Below are positions 61,120 to 64,000 of a stretch of DNA of 64,000 bases, piece by piece. Made by a program: the position numbers and the translations under genes. A model generated the notes under the pieces. The model had not been told where the DNA came from. It searched no databases and was given only the letters and a program-made list of their open reading frames with translations. How positions within the stretch are numbered: the stretch's first letter is position 1; every line of letters starts with the position of its first letter. Source of the stretch: an uncultured delta proteobacterium (GTDB lineage Bacteria > Myxococcota_A > Polyangia > Fen-1088); NCBI GenBank assembly GCA_963767925.1, contig CAVYGB010000008.1, positions 864,001 through 928,000 of the forward strand, given 5' to 3'.

Positions 61120-62027
61120 ATGGTCAGCCCCTGGCGCTACCTCGAGCCCGCGCCCCCGCCCCCGCCCGGGCGACATCTCGATCACCTGTTTTAGGGTTTG
61201 ATGCAGCCGGTGCTGGCTGGCCGGCTGCTCGTTCGCGAGCGGTCGCTGCTGCGGGCGGCGCTGGTTCCGGTGGGATGGCTCGCCGCCTTCTGCGCGGGCT
61301 GGGGGCTCCTCCACTTCGACGGTGGGCCGGCCGCGATGGTTCGCCACTTCTATCAGAGCTTCGCCTTCCTGGCGCCCGTCCCGTCGGTGCTGCTGGCGGC
61401 GCACTACGCGCGCATGGTGGTGCGAGCCCGGACCTGCCTGGGCTTGCCGCCGCCGCGCCGAGGCTGGAGACCTTGTGGCGGCGTCTTCGCCACGCGCTCG
61501 CCCAGGCGGTGCTGATCGGGGTGGCCATCGCGCCGGCGACTTTGCTGCTCGACCAGGTGCCCCTGCTCGGTGCGACGCTGGTCCGGGTGGCGGCGGGCGG
61601 GTGAGCGCTGCACTGGATCGTTGTCGAGGCCTTCGACGCCAGCCGGGTGGCCGAGGCGGAGCGGGCAGGGCAGGCGCCCGGAGAGGTGAGCGCTCCGGGC
61701 GACCGTGCACCCTGGTTCGTGCGGGCGCTCTCGCGGGCGGCCGCCCGGTTGCCGGTGGGGGGCTGGCCGGCCCGGCGGTTTGCCCGGTTCTGCGACAGGC
61801 TGGCCCGTCCCTGGCGTGAGGACATCGCGGTGGTCGAGGGGCACCCCTTGCTGGTGCTGGGCTTCGGGGTGGCAACCGCCGCGCTGCTGGCGACGCCCGT
61901 GCTCAACCTGTTCTTCCGCCCCATCGTGCTGGTGGGCGCGGTCCACGTGCTCGGGCACTTTGCGCTCGAAGGCCCCGCTCAGGACGTCGCCGGCGTGGGC
62001 GACGGGTTGGTGCTGCCCCCGGGCTGA
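61120..62027 (+). pseudogene. Disrupted membrane protein (EI24/CysZ-like)
   Basis: In-frame stops at ~61192 and ~61602 plus a frameshift; LLATPVLNLFFRP. Confidence 0.5.
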
Positions 62028-62108
62028 GCACCTCCAGCATTTGCGACGTGCTCCAGACGAGCGTGGGCTTTCACGCCACGGTGGCACCGTCTGGATCGTT
62101 GTGGTCGA

Positions 62109-64000
62109 TCACATCGCTCCGACGTAGCCGAGCGCCTCGAGCTGGCGCTTCAGCTCGGGGTCGAATTTCACGCGGGAGGCCTCGAAACGGCGCTGGGGGG
62201 GGTGGGCGTCGCGGAAGCGAGCGGCCTTGTCGGGGGTGGCCAGCGCCTCGGCCAGATGTTGCTCGCAGAGCCGACGGGCGACAGGCGCCTGGGCGGCGAT
62301 GTCGACGCGCTCGGCGGGGTCGGCGACCAGGTCGAACAGCCTGCGGCCGCCGGAGGCGCTGGCCAGCAGCTTCCACGACCCCACCATCACGGCCCGCTGG
62401 ACTTCGAGGAACTCGCTGAGCGCGTAGCTGGGGATACTCGGGGGTCGCCCGGCCAGGGTAGGGAGCAGCGAGACGCCGTCCAGCCCTGGCCGGGGTGACA
62501 GACTCAAGGTCTCGAGGATGGTTGGCAGCAGGTCGACCAGCTCCACGACGGCGTGCACGCGGCTGGCCTCGAAGCGGGAAGGGTAACGGAGCAGCAGCGG
62601 CGAGCGGATGAGCTCCTGGTAGAGCGTGTGCCCGTGTCCGTGGCGGCCGTGGTCGGCGATCTCTTCACCATGGTCGTTCGTCACGACCACCAGGGTCTGA
62701 TCCAGGAGCTTCGAGGCGGTCAGGGCGTCCAGGAACGTGCCGAGGTGCAGGTCGTGGTAGCTGATCTCGCCGTGGTAGAGGGCCCGCATCCAGCGGACGT
62801 CGGCGGCCGTGGCGGGCTTCTTGCCCTGGGAGATGGCCGCCTGCTCGAAGCCGTCGACCGTGGGGCCGAGAGGACCTCGGTAGGGTTCCGGGTGGTACAT
62901 CCGGACCTGCTCGGGTGGGGGGCCGTAGGTCACGTGGGGATCGATGGTCTGGAGGTATAGGAAGAAGCGGCGTCCCTGGTTGGCCTCGAGCCAGGTGAGG
63001 GCGTCGGAGAAGACGTGTTCGGCCTCGGAGGGGCGGTTCTCGCGGATGTAGTTGCGATAGGTGTCCCATCCCCGCCGGAAGCCGAACTTCTCGCTGCAAT
63101 ATCCATTGGCGATGAAGGCGGCGGTGGCGAAGCCCTGCGCCTTGAGGATCTCCGGCAGGATCGCCACGTCTTCGCTGAGGACGTCCGGCTCGCGCTTCGC
63201 GCCATGGGTCGAAGGATAAAGTCCCGACAGGATGGTCGCGACCGATGGCTTGGTCCAGTTCTCGTTGGCGTACGCGTTCAGGAACACCGCGGAGGTGCGG
63301 GCGAGCCGGTCGAAGGAGGGTGTCTTCACCCGTGAGCGCGGATTGAAGGGGGTGAAGACGTCGGCCCGGGCCGTGTCCATCACGAGGACGATGACCCCTC
63401 GGGGCCGTGGCGCGGGCGGCGGGGCGGGCGTGGGAGGCGCCGACCTCGGGACCATGATCTCGGGGTCGCCCCAACCTGAGGCCGTGTCACCTTCGGTCTC
63501 GAGCTCCAGCCGGACGGCCTTCTGGTCGAAAGCGCTCAGATCCACGACGGCCTCCCGCCACCGTCCCGGCGTCGCCCGATCCTGGAAGAGCTGCTGGCGC
63601 CGCCGGCCATCCACCAGGACCTTGATCGTAAAGAGCGTGTCGCCCGCGCTGCCATAGTCGAAGACCAGGGCCGCTCCGGGCGGAGGCTGCAGGTGAAAGG
63701 CGTAAGTTCGCGAGGTGGGCGCCCGCAGGGCCCGCAGGGTGCGACCGCCGATGGCGAGCGGAGCCACCCGGGTGAAGGCCTCGGCAGGAGAGGTGGCCCC
63801 CGCGCTGCGGGGCAACCACAGCCAGTCGATCTCGACCCGACGTTTGCCGGGCTGGCGAGCGAGCTCAAGCTTGAGGTCATGCCAGCCGGGGGCCGGTCGC
63901 GGGCGGCCGACCGGCAAGCGGAGTTCGGTCCAGCCCGAACCAAGAGAGGCGCTTCCGATCGGTCTGTCATCCAGCCGCACGGTGACATCGAGGGGCCTAC
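62109..64000 (-). CDS. Sulfatase-like hydrolase, 5' end outside window
   Basis: DTARAD, WTKPSVATILSG, DPH, DHGE, LFDL..DP.E, L.ALGY. Confidence 0.88.
   Translation of the reverse strand, partial: RPLDVTVRLDDRPIGSASLGSGWTELRLPVGRPRPAPGWHDLKLELARQPGKRRVEIDWLWLPRSAGATSPAEAFTRVAPLAIGGRTLRALRAPTSRTYAFHLQPPPGAALVFDYGSAGDTLFTIKVLVDGRRRQQLFQDRATPGRWREAVVDLSAFDQKAVRLELETEGDTASGWGDPEIMVPRSAPPTPAPPPAPRPRGVIVLVMDTARADVFTPFNPRSRVKTPSFDRLARTSAVFLNAYANENWTKPSVATILSGLYPSTHGAKREPDVLSEDVAILPEILKAQGFATAAFIANGYCSEKFGFRRGWDTYRNYIRENRPSEAEHVFSDALTWLEANQGRRFFLYLQTIDPHVTYGPPPEQVRMYHPEPYRGPLGPTVDGFEQAAISQGKKPATAADVRWMRALYHGEISYHDLHLGTFLDALTASKLLDQTLVVVTNDHGEEIADHGRHGHGHTLYQELIRSPLLLRYPSRFEASRVHAVVELVDLLPTILETLSLSPRPGLDGVSLLPTLAGRPPSIPSYALSEFLEVQRAVMVGSWKLLASASGGRRLFDLVADPAERVDIAAQAPVARRLCEQHLAEALATPDKAARFRDAHPPQRRFEASRVKFDPELKRQLEALGYVGAM

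Noticed and set aside
1..64000. CRISPR array or cas genes
   Set aside because: No regularly spaced repeats with unique spacers; the short repeats found are explained by IS ends and att arms

Overview
High-GC bacterial DNA, probably myxobacterial (inferred from fibro-slime, Cys-rich lipoprotein and di-heme gene types). The left half (1-31.3 kb) is a tandem array of genomic islands. They are delimited by three copies of the 3' half of tRNA-Leu(CAG) plus one degenerate end, and belong to two element families with different arm-type repeats. Cargo includes one intact tyrosine integrase, three different toxin-antitoxin pairs, several glycosyltransferases, an apparently circularly permuted ROK-like kinase, a MITE whose empty site is also in the window, and a nested stack of IS21/IS5/RIT/IS3 elements. 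Three putative protease effector genes lack signal peptides (two HExxH paralogs, one His/Cys caspase-like). Each is paired with a gene for an exported partner, and each is preceded by GCAAC-N14-16-CCGA, with CCGA starting exactly 43 nt before the ATG. This is the best candidate for an undescribed system. 31.3-35.5 kb is decayed genes. 35.5-64 kb is an iron/metal/envelope region: two TonB receptors with Fur-like boxes, two-component regulators, a di-heme protein, a TolC-MFP-CzcA/CusA pump, redox enzymes and a sulfatase-like protein. All calls are by eye from motifs; no database searches were run.
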